Under the pieces are notes generated by a model, which saw only the letters and a program-made list of their open reading frames with translations, did not search any database and had not been told where the DNA came from. From Candidatus Gottesmanbacteria bacterium CG_4_10_14_0_8_um_filter_37_24 (GTDB taxonomy: Bacteria; Patescibacteriota; Microgenomatia; 2-02-FULL-39-11): a DNA stretch of 41,215 nucleotides. The DNA is taken from contig PFMK01000045.1 in assembly GCA_002785215.1 (NCBI GenBank), forward strand, positions 1 to 41,215, read 5' to 3'. The translations under genes and the position numbers were made by a program. Positions 27,555 to 38,000 of the stretch are shown piece by piece. Within the stretch, counting starts at the first letter, position 1, and the number at the start of each line of letters is the position of its first letter.

Positions 27555-27677
27555 ATGAATAATCTAAGTACTTATATAAAATTAATTATTGTTTTATCGG
27601 TCAGTCTTGGTTTATTTTTGTTATATATAATTTATCAAGTCATATTTACGCCAAATGGGTTATTAGGTATTCATTAG
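27555..27677 (+). CDS. possible 40-aa single-TM micro-protein
   Basis: ATG...TAG reads MNNLSTYIKLIIVLSVSLGLFLLYIIYQVIFTPNGLLGIH in the otherwise empty 183-nt gap. It is below the ORF-track cutoff and has no other support. Confidence 0.2.
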   Translation: MNNLSTYIKLIIVLSVSLGLFLLYIIYQVIFTPNGLLGIH

Positions 27678-27710
27678 AAAAAAAGATTATCAAAAATATA
27701 TAAAACATTT

Positions 27711-28160
27711 ATGATAAAAGACGCAATTCAAAAAGCAGTTAATGAGAATTTGAAGAAGGGGAACGTTGTAGCAGTGAAGGTTTTAAGATTCGTCATGTCA
27801 GAGATAAAATATGCAGAAATTGCTAAAAAGAAAGAAATCACAGACGAGGAAGTAATTTCCTTATTAAGGAAAGAGACGAAAAAGAGAAAAGAAGCTGTAG
27901 ATTTGTTTAAGAAAGCCGGCAGAAATGATCTGGTGGATGATGAGTCAAAACAATTGGAGATTATCGGAAATTATTTGCCAGAGGAGATGTCCGACGGAGA
28001 ACTTGAAAGTATTATTGACGAGGTATTGTTAGTGAGTTCTAACAGGTCAAACATTGGAAGACTAATTGGAATGGTAATGTCAAAACTCAAAGGTAGAATA
28101 GAAGGGTCAAAAGTCGCTGACATAGTAAAAAAGAAAATATCCACGTCCCCATCTGTTTAA
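27711..28160 (+). CDS. GatB/YqeY domain protein
   Basis: 149 aa, N-terminal IKDAIQKAVNENLKKGN..VKVLRFVMSEIKYAEI. Typical YqeY length and layout. Confidence 0.7.
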   Translation: MIKDAIQKAVNENLKKGNVVAVKVLRFVMSEIKYAEIAKKKEITDEEVISLLRKETKKRKEAVDLFKKAGRNDLVDDESKQLEIIGNYLPEEMSDGELESIIDEVLLVSSNRSNIGRLIGMVMSKLKGRIEGSKVADIVKKKISTSPSV

Positions 28161-28221
28161 AAATTAATAATTTCCTATTTATCTTCTTTTTATACGATTT
28201 CGTACATTGTAGTAATTATGT

Positions 28222-28632
28222 TTATTTGACGAACAATCGTTTACAGATTAGGTATTGCAATGAAGTAATAATTATACCTAAGATTAAAGCAATCAAATAT
28301 GACGATATACCCAATCCTGTTAAAACCGCACCTTTAGATACAAACCAAATACTTAGAATATTGGTTATCAAGCCCGTAAGGATCCATGAGCTATTTTTTG
28401 ACGTATTTATATTAAGATATTTTGCCAGTCGTAACACCAAGTAGTATATAGTTGAGATAAGGAAACTATTTAATAATACAGCTGTCCAGTCGGTAAGGTT
28501 TGCATTGCCTAAAACTATAAACGAAGGTACGAGTAAATAAGCAATATAAAGTGTAATTAAATTTACTAAAAAAAATGATATCCAGAAATAAACATTGGTG
28601 ATGTTTTTATTTTTTCTCAAAGCCTTCTTCAC
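28222..28632 (-). CDS. four-TM membrane protein, unknown function
   Basis: 136-aa ORF with four hydrophobic helices. Confidence 0.5.
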   Translation of the reverse strand: MKKALRKNKNITNVYFWISFFLVNLITLYIAYLLVPSFIVLGNANLTDWTAVLLNSFLISTIYYLVLRLAKYLNINTSKNSSWILTGLITNILSIWFVSKGAVLTGLGISSYLIALILGIIITSLQYLICKRLFVK

Positions 28633-28722
28633 CTCCTCCTTATATTAATTTAATTTAAGGCATATCAATTATGAGTCTAAACGACTTTAGATTATTTTTC
28701 AATGTTTATAGATTTTTGAATA

Positions 28723-29436
28723 TTGCAGAAAATCATAGAGTATAGTATATTAAATAATCTTATGGTCAGGAAAAGCAAAATAACCAGTTCTGTTAAAGAA
28801 GCTAAATACAGAGAAAATTTAAAAGAAAATAACATTTCCTCAACGAAAGGTTTTCCACTTTCTTCATTTTTAACTGTCAAAAATATTATTTTAGTTCTTT
28901 TGCTTGTTGTTATAGTGTTATTATGGAAATTTAAAGGTAATTTTATAGCCGCAACAGTAAATGGACAGCCTATATCCAAATGGCAGTTAAACAGTGAGTT
29001 GGAAAAGAAATTCGGTGGTCAGGTCTTAGATGCAATTATTAATGAAAGACTTATTCTAGGCGCAACCAGACAGAAAGGTATTTTTGTAACCTCACCGGAA
29101 ATAGATAAAAAAATTGAGGAAATAGAAAAGCAATTAAACGGAAAAGTATCCCTAGACGATGCACTAAAATCTCAAGGCATGACTAAAGATGACTTTAGAA
29201 AACAATTAGAAATACAGATATCCATTAATAAGATGTTTGATAAAGACGCCAGCATTTCCAGCAAAGAAATAGATGATTATCTTGAGAGCAACAGCTCTTT
29301 ATCCAAAGACGCGACGGATCCGGCAGCTTTACGCAGTGAAGTAACTGATATACTTAAACAACAGAAAGTTTCAGATTTATTCAATGAATGGTTTGCCAAA
29401 ATCCGTAACGACGCTAAAATAACAAAGTTCCTTTAA
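28723..29436 (+). CDS. membrane-anchored SurA-N/PrsA-like chaperone domain protein
   Basis: TM helix IILVLLLVVIVLLW, then ATVNGQPISKWQLNSELEKKFGGQVLDAIINERLI (SurA N-terminal-type). The start may be the internal Met at 28762. Confidence 0.6.
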   Translation: MQKIIEYSILNNLMVRKSKITSSVKEAKYRENLKENNISSTKGFPLSSFLTVKNIILVLLLVVIVLLWKFKGNFIAATVNGQPISKWQLNSELEKKFGGQVLDAIINERLILGATRQKGIFVTSPEIDKKIEEIEKQLNGKVSLDDALKSQGMTKDDFRKQLEIQISINKMFDKDASISSKEIDDYLESNSSLSKDATDPAALRSEVTDILKQQKVSDLFNEWFAKIRNDAKITKFL

Positions 29437-29446
29437 ATTATCCCAT

Positions 29447-30133
29447 ATGACGATGACGGAACAGGTAAAGCCCCATCTTAAAGACTTCATAGTGTATATT
29501 ATTATTCTTTTTGGGGTAATTATTGGTACGGTATTATTATTTTCTCAAAAAACACAAGATAATCTTGTAAAAGATACGATGAAAAGAGATGTTACTGATT
29601 CTTCAAATATTCCAACCGGAAGTTATACGTCACCACCTAAAATGGAGATAGATATAAACAGGAAGTATACAGCCGATATTATTACCAGTTTAGGTGAAAT
29701 ACAAATTGAGTTATTCTCCAAAGAAACACCTGTGACCGTGAATAACTTTATTTTCCTCTCAAAACAAGGATTTTATGATAATACTATTTTCCACAGGATC
29801 ATCAAAGATTTCATGATCCAGGGTGGAGATCCAAAAGGAGACGGAACGGGAGGTCCGGGTTATCGCTTTGCTGATGAAAAAATCACCAGAGATTATAAAA
29901 GGGGAATAATAGCCATGGCAAACAGCGGACCTAATACAAACGGCAGTCAATTTTTTATAATGCATAAAGATACAGATCTGCCAAAAAATTATGTAATATT
30001 CGGACAAGTAGTAAAAGGTATAGAAGTTATTGATAAAATTGCGGAGACGCAGACAGTCGATAATGGTCTTGGAGAGCAGTCAAAGCCCACAAAAGAAATA
30101 AAAATTGAGAAGATTACAATCAAAGAAACATAA
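29447..30133 (+). CDS. peptidyl-prolyl cis-trans isomerase, cyclophilin type, N-terminally anchored
   Basis: 228 aa with FHRIIKDFMIQGGDP, MANSGPNTNGSQFFI and an N-terminal TM helix. Confidence 0.85.
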   Translation: MTMTEQVKPHLKDFIVYIIILFGVIIGTVLLFSQKTQDNLVKDTMKRDVTDSSNIPTGSYTSPPKMEIDINRKYTADIITSLGEIQIELFSKETPVTVNNFIFLSKQGFYDNTIFHRIIKDFMIQGGDPKGDGTGGPGYRFADEKITRDYKRGIIAMANSGPNTNGSQFFIMHKDTDLPKNYVIFGQVVKGIEVIDKIAETQTVDNGLGEQSKPTKEIKIEKITIKET

Positions 30134-30235
30134 AACATATTCTTCCTCTTATTTCGTATTTCTCCTATACTTATTACAATCACTTAATCATTAATGACCT
30201 TCTGCATGTTGTATCATTAAACTCATGGAATAGTT

Positions 30236-31978
30236 ATGAAAAATGTTCGGGAAGTCACAAAAATCCTGATTCAGGAAGAAACAATCGTAACTATACTGAC
30301 CTTACTGTTCATTCTTTTAAGTATATATCCGACGCTTAGATTTTACTATAATACTCCTCCGGATTCCGTATATTCATTTCTTCATAATAGCGTAAGCGAT
30401 TATCCGTATTACATAAGTTTTATCAGACAGGGCATATTAGGCAGATTTACGACGATCGACCAGTTTACCAGTGAAAATCAGTCCGCAGGTTTCATTCATA
30501 TTTTTTATCTCTTTTTAGGCAGGATTGGATCGTTGTTCGGCTTTTCACCTTTTAATATATATTTTCTGGCAAGAATACTATTGGGAATTCTTTTCCTATT
30601 AACAAGTTATTATTTTATTGCCCATTTCTTAGATTCGAAAATTAAAAGGTTGCTTGCTTATGTATTATTTATCTCATCAGCCAGCTTCCCCCAAATATCT
30701 TTTCAGGAAAAGGGAATAAACATTTCATCGTATTTGTCCTGGTGGACAGAAGTTGATCCTATAAGAAGAGTGACATTTATTCCCCATTTCCTTTTAGGGC
30801 ATACGGGTATGGTACTGATGCTGCTGTTGTTATTAAAATTAACAAAATCAGGTAGCCGGAAGTTGCTACTTTTATGTATCTTAACTGGAAACATTATTGG
30901 AATATCCCACCCACCAAGCTTAGGAATGGTTTATTTTATATTTGGATTTTATTTGTTGACAATTTTCTTTATTATTTTGCTCAAAAAAGGTGATCTACTA
31001 AAAGTACTTAAGGAAATATCCTTATCAATAAAATTTTATTTATTATTTGTAATCTTAACAGTTCCATCACTTTATTATATTTACTACACCACCGGAAATA
31101 TATTCCCATGGACTCTTATGAAGGCGCAAGAATCACTTTTCTATTATATTTCGTTGAAAGAATACATGTTGTCAATCGGTCCGATATTGCCAATGGGTCT
31201 TATTGGTTTTTTTTCTGTCAAAATAATAATAAAAGATAAAACAAAATTATCTAATTTCAATATCCTTATTCTTTGGATAATCATAGACCTGATAATGATT
31301 CCATTTTCAAAAATTATTGCGTTTTCCAACTTGCCTATCAAAATTCCTACCTTTGCCAATATCAGATTTTTATCCATGGTGATTCAATTGCCGCTGTCAA
31401 TTCTCGCTGTTTTATTTTTGTTAAATATAAAAAAAACATTCGGTAGTAAATTTGTCTGTTTTTCTTTGTTCACCTATTTTATTACTACTTTGTCGGTTTA
31501 TCCTGTAAATATATCCAGCCAAATCAATGATTTTATTTATGCCCGAAAGTTTGTATACCCTTCAAAAAAACTGATAAACGTTATAAAATCTTTTGATAGT
31601 GTCACCGATGAAAGCAAAGCTGTTTTAGCCAGACAGGATACGAGTTTAATTATTTCTTTGTTTGCCAGAAATAAAGTTTATTTTGGCCAATCGGTATATA
31701 CATATGATAATGAAAATAAAAGTAATCAGGCGGATAAATTTTTTCAGGGGAACATGACAAGTTGCGAGGGAGAGAAATTTATCCGAGAAGGAAGGATAGA
31801 TTATGTCTTAACAGAAAATAAACTCGACACTCAGAAAACGGATAATTATCCTTTTTTACGGAAAGTGGAAATGTCTAATAAAGATGAATCAGGGAATGGT
31901 GAAAATAATATATATCTCTACGAATATGATAGTGAGGCAGTTGAAGGACAATGTAAGGGGGATATAGTTCTTCCATAA
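30236..31978 (+). CDS. large polytopic membrane protein (GT-C / ArnT-PMT-like glycosyltransferase candidate)
   Basis: 580 aa with more than 10 TM helices followed by a ~150-aa soluble C-terminal domain. The family call is inference from architecture only. Confidence 0.4.
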   Translation: MKNVREVTKILIQEETIVTILTLLFILLSIYPTLRFYYNTPPDSVYSFLHNSVSDYPYYISFIRQGILGRFTTIDQFTSENQSAGFIHIFYLFLGRIGSLFGFSPFNIYFLARILLGILFLLTSYYFIAHFLDSKIKRLLAYVLFISSASFPQISFQEKGINISSYLSWWTEVDPIRRVTFIPHFLLGHTGMVLMLLLLLKLTKSGSRKLLLLCILTGNIIGISHPPSLGMVYFIFGFYLLTIFFIILLKKGDLLKVLKEISLSIKFYLLFVILTVPSLYYIYYTTGNIFPWTLMKAQESLFYYISLKEYMLSIGPILPMGLIGFFSVKIIIKDKTKLSNFNILILWIIIDLIMIPFSKIIAFSNLPIKIPTFANIRFLSMVIQLPLSILAVLFLLNIKKTFGSKFVCFSLFTYFITTLSVYPVNISSQINDFIYARKFVYPSKKLINVIKSFDSVTDESKAVLARQDTSLIISLFARNKVYFGQSVYTYDNENKSNQADKFFQGNMTSCEGEKFIREGRIDYVLTENKLDTQKTDNYPFLRKVEMSNKDESGNGENNIYLYEYDSEAVEGQCKGDIVLP

Positions 31979-32004
31979 TTCAGGTATTTTCAATAGAGCA
32001 TAGA

Positions 32005-33038
32005 ATCTACAAAAGTAGAAATGTACTATCTGTATTTGAGCCTAAAATCTTACTAGAAGATGGATCATCTACAAAAGTAGAAATGTACTATCTGTATTTG
32101 AGCCACCTATTTATGACTCCTAAAACTAATCTACAAAAGTAGAAATGTACTATCTGTATTTGAGCAGGAGAGAGGAGAAAAGACCAATTAAATCTACAAA
32201 AGTAGAAATGTACTATCTGTATTTGAGATCTGATGAAAAAAGAGAATTAGCAAATCTACAAAAGTAGAAATGTACTATCTGTATTTGAGCTTACTGTTAA
32301 TCCTCTGGCGGCAAATCTACAAAAGTAGAAATGTACTATCTGTATTTGAGTTTTTAGTGCTATTGAAAAGTAAAAGATCTACAAAAGTAGAAATGTACTA
32401 TCTGTATTTGAGTTCACCAAGAGTCGGTGGCTCAAACTATCTACAAAAGTAGAAATGTACTATCTGTATTTGAGTGAAACGCTTGGAATAATAGGTCGTA
32501 TATCTACAAAAGTAGAAATGTACTATCTGTATTTGAGCATTCACACAAAGTGTAGACACTATTATCTACAAAAGTAGAAATGTACTATCTGTATTTGAGA
32601 TACATCCTCATATTCAAAATCATCAATCTACAAAAGTAGAAATGTACTATCTGTATTTGAGGAAATTGTAGTATGCTTTATTTATGTATCTACAAAAGTA
32701 GAAATGTACTATCTGTATTTGAGTCATGCGGCATCTATCGGATATTATCATCTACAAAAGTAGAAATGTACTATCTGTATTTGAGGAAGATGATATACTG
32801 AATAATAATCATATCTACAAAAGTAGAAATGTACTATCTGTATTTGAGTTTACATCTTCCTTTAAAACATTTCTTCTATCTACAAAAGTAGAAATGTACT
32901 ATCTGTATTTGAGATCATGAAGCTGTTATTAAAAGGTTATCTACAAAAGTAGAAATGTACTATCTGTATTTGAGTTAAATGGATATGATGTGGCTCTTTA
33001 TAATCTACAAAAGTAGAAATGTACTATCTGTATTTGAG
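32005..33038 (-). CRISPR. CRISPR array: 17 identical 36-nt repeats and 16 spacers of 25-29 nt (type V-A repeat)
   Basis: Plus-strand repeat is ATCTACAAAAGTAGAAATGTACTATCTGTATTTGAG. Starts are at 32005, 32067, 32129, 32192, 32254, 32315, 32377, 32439, 32502, 32564, 32626, 32688, 32750, 32813, 32878, 32939 and 33003. In transcribed (minus) orientation it reads CTCAAATACAGATAGTACATTTCTACTTTTGTAGAT, with a 3' UCUAC-UUUU-GUAGA-U hairpin. Confidence 0.97.
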
Positions 33039-33198
33039 AGCCTGTTGCTTGTCACAGCAATCTAAAGATGCAACCCGCAGCAAAAGCTGAATCGGGGACT
33101 TTAGGCGTAAAATAGCAAGAAACAGGCTCATAAAGACTTAAGTTTTCTCAAATATTAACAGTTTCACTTCTGCTTTTATAATCATTCATGTCAAAGTG
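33039..33198 (-). promoter_or_regulatory. CRISPR leader (AT-rich promoter-like part plus GC-rich long hairpin)
   Basis: 160 nt between the cas2 stop and the first transcribed repeat. An extended -10-like TGTTAATAT lies on the minus strand at 33152..33160. An imperfect palindrome spans 33039..33129. Confidence 0.55.
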
Positions 33199-33480
33199 CT
33201 ACCCGAAGTATACCACATTTTCGATATCATGATGAGCGCTACCGTAGCGGATGGTTTTTCCTCTACATCCTTCACACACGGGAAAAATTACTATGCTGTC
33301 AGTTTTTGTAAATAATTTTTTATACTTTGCTTCTATCTCCGTGAGAATATTTCTAAGTACCCTTGGGCTATTATGTACGGAAAAGACTGAATATTGCATC
33401 CTGCGGCCGTATTTCTTCAGGAATTTGGCAAATTTACTTCTGGTTTTATTATTAGTGAAATCGTAAGAAACTATCAACAT
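33199..33480 (-). CDS. cas2: CRISPR-associated endoribonuclease Cas2
   Basis: 93 aa, MLIVSYDFTNNKTRSKFAKFLKKYGRRMQYSVFSV (the ferredoxin-like Cas2 N-terminus). Positioned 4 nt after cas1. Confidence 0.9.
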   Translation of the reverse strand: MLIVSYDFTNNKTRSKFAKFLKKYGRRMQYSVFSVHNSPRVLRNILTEIEAKYKKLFTKTDSIVIFPVCEGCRGKTIRYGSAHHDIENVVYFG

Positions 33481-33484
33481 ATAA

Positions 33485-34438
33485 TTATATTTGAAATTCA
33501 GGGAAAGGATATTTCTTTTTATTCATGATATACCGATAAAAGGCAAGTATATATAGATATATTTCTTCTTTGTTCTGGTCGATTGCCTCCAAGAAAACAG
33601 AGCTATATTTTTTACTGGTAACAAATCCCTTCTTAAATTCAAATCTTCCGTTTCGAAAAAGAAAATCTTTTTCTTTTATCTGTCCCAAATGATAGCTTTT
33701 CAGAAGCTGCCGATCGATAAGCGGCCTTAATGGTTCCATGATATCGCAAGCCAGAGATTTTCTTTGAAAGAAAAGCTGATGATAATACCCTTTATATGTA
33801 TCAAATCCGAATAACCGCAATAGTGAATCACATAAGTTAAAAAGATAAGTATATCCTATATCCAGGAGGAGATTAATGATATCTTCCCTTGTCTGAGGAG
33901 CTCGACGAAGCCAGTTTAGTTTTTGAAACATAGCTCCAAAATATGTTTTACTCACGATTCCCTCAACACCCAGCAACTGTTGTTTATCTTTTATTTTAGC
34001 GAGCATATTTAACGCATTGTCAAGTATCTGATGATCATATGGTTTCTTATATTTTTCCAGCAGTAATTGCTGGTTTCTGATTTTATTTTTTATGATAGCT
34101 GACGAAATGTATAAATCATCTTTCGTAGTATACTGCTTCTGCCTAAGAAGATAATTTCCCTCAGACTCAGCCATGACGGCCGCAAGGGTACGCAGATTAT
34201 GATTCAGGAAAAATACGGAGATACCATATGAAGTAAGTTTTTTCAGTAAAGCAGTTGTGATGCTCATCTCCCCGACAATAAATACTGCCAATACTGTATG
34301 GCAGGACATCTGATCTATGGCCTCTCCGTCACGTACGAAACGTATGTTGTCATTCGTCAACTGAAGAAGATTGTCTGATCTATATTCTGCCTGCACATAG
34401 AGAATATGTTTTTCCCTGAAATCAGGTAGTGTTAACAT
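33485..34438 (-). CDS. cas1: CRISPR-associated endonuclease Cas1
   Basis: 317 aa, typical Cas1 length. C-terminal alpha-domain segment DIMEPLRPLIDR. Lies between cas4 and cas2 and overlaps cas4 by 17 nt. Confidence 0.9.
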   Translation of the reverse strand: MLTLPDFREKHILYVQAEYRSDNLLQLTNDNIRFVRDGEAIDQMSCHTVLAVFIVGEMSITTALLKKLTSYGISVFFLNHNLRTLAAVMAESEGNYLLRQKQYTTKDDLYISSAIIKNKIRNQQLLLEKYKKPYDHQILDNALNMLAKIKDKQQLLGVEGIVSKTYFGAMFQKLNWLRRAPQTREDIINLLLDIGYTYLFNLCDSLLRLFGFDTYKGYYHQLFFQRKSLACDIMEPLRPLIDRQLLKSYHLGQIKEKDFLFRNGRFEFKKGFVTSKKYSSVFLEAIDQNKEEIYLYILAFYRYIMNKKKYPFPEFQI

Positions 34439-34988
34439 AGGTATTTGAATTACATAACTGGTGATAAATACAATTTGTGCATTTAGCCGGATTTGGATGC
34501 AATTTTACGGAGTCAATCATAAAATTGTGTATACTAGTGATAATATCCTCGAACTTTTTTTGCTGATTTTGGTCTGGTAATTCGACCTCGTAGCGTTTGT
34601 TATCCTTCAATGAGTGTAAAAACATTTTCCTAACCGGTAAATTTGCTTCAAAAAGACAATACATCTGTGCGTATAATTGATACCGGTGACCGTCAAATAT
34701 TGTCCTGATGTGGTATTTCCGCTCAATAAGAAATTCATTTTCCAGGTTATAGATATCAATTTTGCCTTTTATACCAAGCCGGCTGCTATAGACCGATAGT
34801 CCCTGGAGAATGCGGCTGGAAGTAGTATAAATAGCAGAATCGATAGTTTCGTGGGCGATTTTTCCTCTTGTTTGGGCTTTGTCATGATAGACAGTGGTGT
34901 CAAAGGAACTATAAATACTATGGTAATAGAGGGAAAGAGGGCAGAAAATGAAATCGTTTATCGCAGATATAGGTATGGCTGAGTCCAT
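34422..34988 (-). CDS. cas4: CRISPR-associated exonuclease Cas4 (RecB-like, Fe-S cluster)
   Basis: 188 aa. N-terminal FIFCPLSLYY Cys plus C-terminal CTNCIYHQLC gives the 4-Cys pattern. A D...E.K-type core is present (IDIYNLENEFLIERKY). Confidence 0.85.
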   Translation of the reverse strand: MDSAIPISAINDFIFCPLSLYYHSIYSSFDTTVYHDKAQTRGKIAHETIDSAIYTTSSRILQGLSVYSSRLGIKGKIDIYNLENEFLIERKYHIRTIFDGHRYQLYAQMYCLFEANLPVRKMFLHSLKDNKRYEVELPDQNQQKKFEDIITSIHNFMIDSVKLHPNPAKCTNCIYHQLCNSNTYVNTT

Positions 34989-35016
34989 GCCCTATAGTGT
35001 ATCATGCAAGAGCAAA

Positions 35017-38000
35017 TTATGCTTTTTTGGAGGAAACAAGGGCGAGGTATTTATCATATTCCTGTTGGGTGACGGTTAATCCTCCATACTCAATTTCTTC
35101 AAGCCTCTTCGCTTTATTAATTTTCTGTAAAATCAGGATTCCTTTTCTGGCAATATTATAAGCGCCGTTTGCATCTCCATTGAACTCAAATGGTTTTTTA
35201 CCCTTATATCTTTTAGTAAGAGTTATTAAATTGTTCTCAGAATGAAAATAGCAATGAGGGCAGGAAATAAAATCTCTGTATTTTTCATTATTCTCATTTT
35301 GATTTATTTCAATGGTTGTATTTCTTAATTGGAGAATTAAAGAAATTATATATATAAAAGGCTTATAAAAATTTTCATTTTCAAAATTTCTAGTTTTAAT
35401 TAACTGTGAAATATTTGAAAAATTTTGGAAATTTATTCCATTTTCATGAAATAATTTTTTCAAAGAATCATTAGGGTATTTAAGTTCTACTTTCCCACCA
35501 CGATTATTTTGATCTCTTATATACTTGAATCTTTCTACATTTGAATAAAAGGTAAAGTCATCTGGTAATTTAGTGTTACTATATAGTTTCACCTTCGAAT
35601 CATCCTCTTTCTCTTTTTCTGATTTGATAAAATCACTTCTTTTGTAGCGGAAACAGAATCTGTCTTTGTCTGGATCATAAACGATATTAAATTTATTGAT
35701 AAGATCGATATTTTTTTCAATTTTTTCTACAAAAGTGGAGATGTTTTTGCGAAAACCGCAAGCAGGGCAAATAGCAGAGGTATAACTTGCAGGTACATAG
35801 AATATGATTCCGCACTGTTTGCCGATATCCTGGAAATTAATTACTGGTGGGGTGAGCTGGTATGCCTGCAAAAAGTGGCCTGTTTCTTCCTCTTTTGCAT
35901 CTTTAAATACCATGTAATTTAATTTTTTTGCAAGAGCTAATTCGAGATTTTGGTATATCTGTTTTTCAATAGCGAAGCGGCCACGTTTAAAACCTATATT
36001 GAGATCCTCAAACACAACAATCGCTTCATATTTTCTTATTAATTTGCAGATTTGATGTACAACTTGGGAAATATACCCCTTTTTCATCTCTTTTATGGAG
36101 GATATTTCCTGCCAGGATTTTCTTTGCCAATCTCTCTCTTTTTGAATCTGATCCAGTTTTTTCTGATAATCTGTTGGTTCTCTGTCTTCCCGTTCCTGGA
36201 CTTCATTGAAAGAATCAGTTTCAAGGATATTACCTTGATGATCAATCACAGAATAATATGCTAAATTTTTTTCTCCTCTATCAATTCCAATGATCTTAAC
36301 TTTAGAGTTATTTCTTATTGTGTTACAGATTTTTGTATTTATTTTCCAATCATTTTCAGTAAAATTAATTGAAACAGGACAATGGAAATAGATTTTGTTT
36401 TGAGTAAAACGTTTCTTATGAAATATATTATTATTTTTCTTTATTATTTTTATTTGATTTTTAACTGTAATAATAGGATCTTTAGTCAAGTTTTTAGTTA
36501 GTTTCCGATAAAATAGTTCCGCTCCACCATTCAGTTTTAATATAGTTTTTTTAAAGTTTGTATTACTAAATAGTGCCTTCCAGTAAATTGAGTGTAAATT
36601 TCTTCTACCATTCTTATCTTTAAAGTTATAACCCTTAGGAGCGATATTCTCATCAAGTTCAAAGTCTTTGTTATATATCTGAAATAGATAAAGTCTTCCA
36701 CTTTCTATTAGTTCATATAGCTTGCTAAAATTTATATTCTCCCAGGTGACTTTATAGCATGACCGTGTAGCATCTTTGTAAAAATCGGAGATATTATCGT
36801 ATTCACTAGTCTCCTGCCATTTAAAACTAAAGCCTTTGTAAGATTCATGCTGACTTATGCCTAATTTAAAGTAGTCTATTATCTTTTTCAGAGATTCATG
36901 ATAGTTTTGACTGCTTTTATTTGAAGTCTTGAACAAGCCCTTATCGTAAATATTTAACACTGAGTCTATTGGTAAGTTATATTTTTTTACGGCTGGGGCG
37001 AAGTTTGATCCACTTGAGCGAATAAACAGTTTGGGAAAGTTCTTAAAATCTGGTTTTTGATAATTATAGACTAATCTTAGGCTTATATTATTATTTCTGA
37101 TATCTAAATAAAGTTGTTCTATTTCATCCTTAGTGAATTTTGTTCCGTTAATAATTCCTAGATAATATTTTTCATTCTTTTCAAATATTAAAGCACCATA
37201 ACTATCATAGTTTTTTGACCAGCCGCTTAGTAATGAACTGCACTCAAAATTCAACTTAATCTTTTCGGAGTTATATGGTTTTTTAGTCAAATAATTCCTA
37301 AAAACATTAAAATATTTCCAAGTATTGATATTTTCATAATATTCTTTGAACTTTTCATAGAAACCACCAATAGCGTCCTCATCCAGTGCCTCAGGATTCC
37401 AGACTCTTTCTTTTCCCTTTTCCAAAGAAAAATATTTCATCATCAGATAGATATCAAAAACAGATTGTGTATAATCAAGAAACTTTTCTTTTTGGATGCT
37501 TCCTTTTTTTCCAGACTTAAGCCTCCCTTTCTTATTGGGAAGGTATTTTTTATCTTCTGTTATCATTTTTTCTATTTCCTTTGTCTCATTTAGATAGATA
37601 TCTGTCGCTTTTTCAAACTCTTTTTCCCAGATTTTAAGAAATATTTGATAGAAGTCAGATCCCTCTTCTAGAATATCCCGATATTCTTTCCTAAATAGAT
37701 CATTAACCTCTACAATATTTTGAGTCTTTTGTAACGCAGCTTTTAAGGATGTTACTGAAATAAAATCTGGTATATTTTTTTTATCTTTTGGGATTAACAG
37801 GTTTCTTATCGTATTCCAATTGGAAAACCATTTATTTGAGATAGTATTAATAAACCGTTTTGCTACATAAATTTGGCTGATATTATATTCATCTGATTTT
37901 ACTTTTTGGCTAGAAATAAATTTCTTGAAAATCGACTTTGCCTTTGGAATGCATATTTTGTTTTCGTTAATAAATTTTTGCATAGTTGGAAAAACATCTT

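Noticed and set aside
32270-32920. ORF-track ORFs 32270..32452 and 32726..32920 (60 and 64 aa, with repeated KSRNVLSVFE / STKVEMYYLYL peptides)
   Set aside because: They lie entirely inside the CRISPR array. The repeated peptides are simply translations of the 36-nt repeat.
33039-33129. Possible tRNA or degenerate CRISPR repeat in the GC-rich leader element
   Set aside because: On neither strand could I build a cloverleaf. There is no 7-bp acceptor stem with D, anticodon and T arms of proper size, and no GTTCRANYC-type T-loop. Only a short ATCTAAAGATG stretch resembles the repeat. It is treated as a hairpin element instead.
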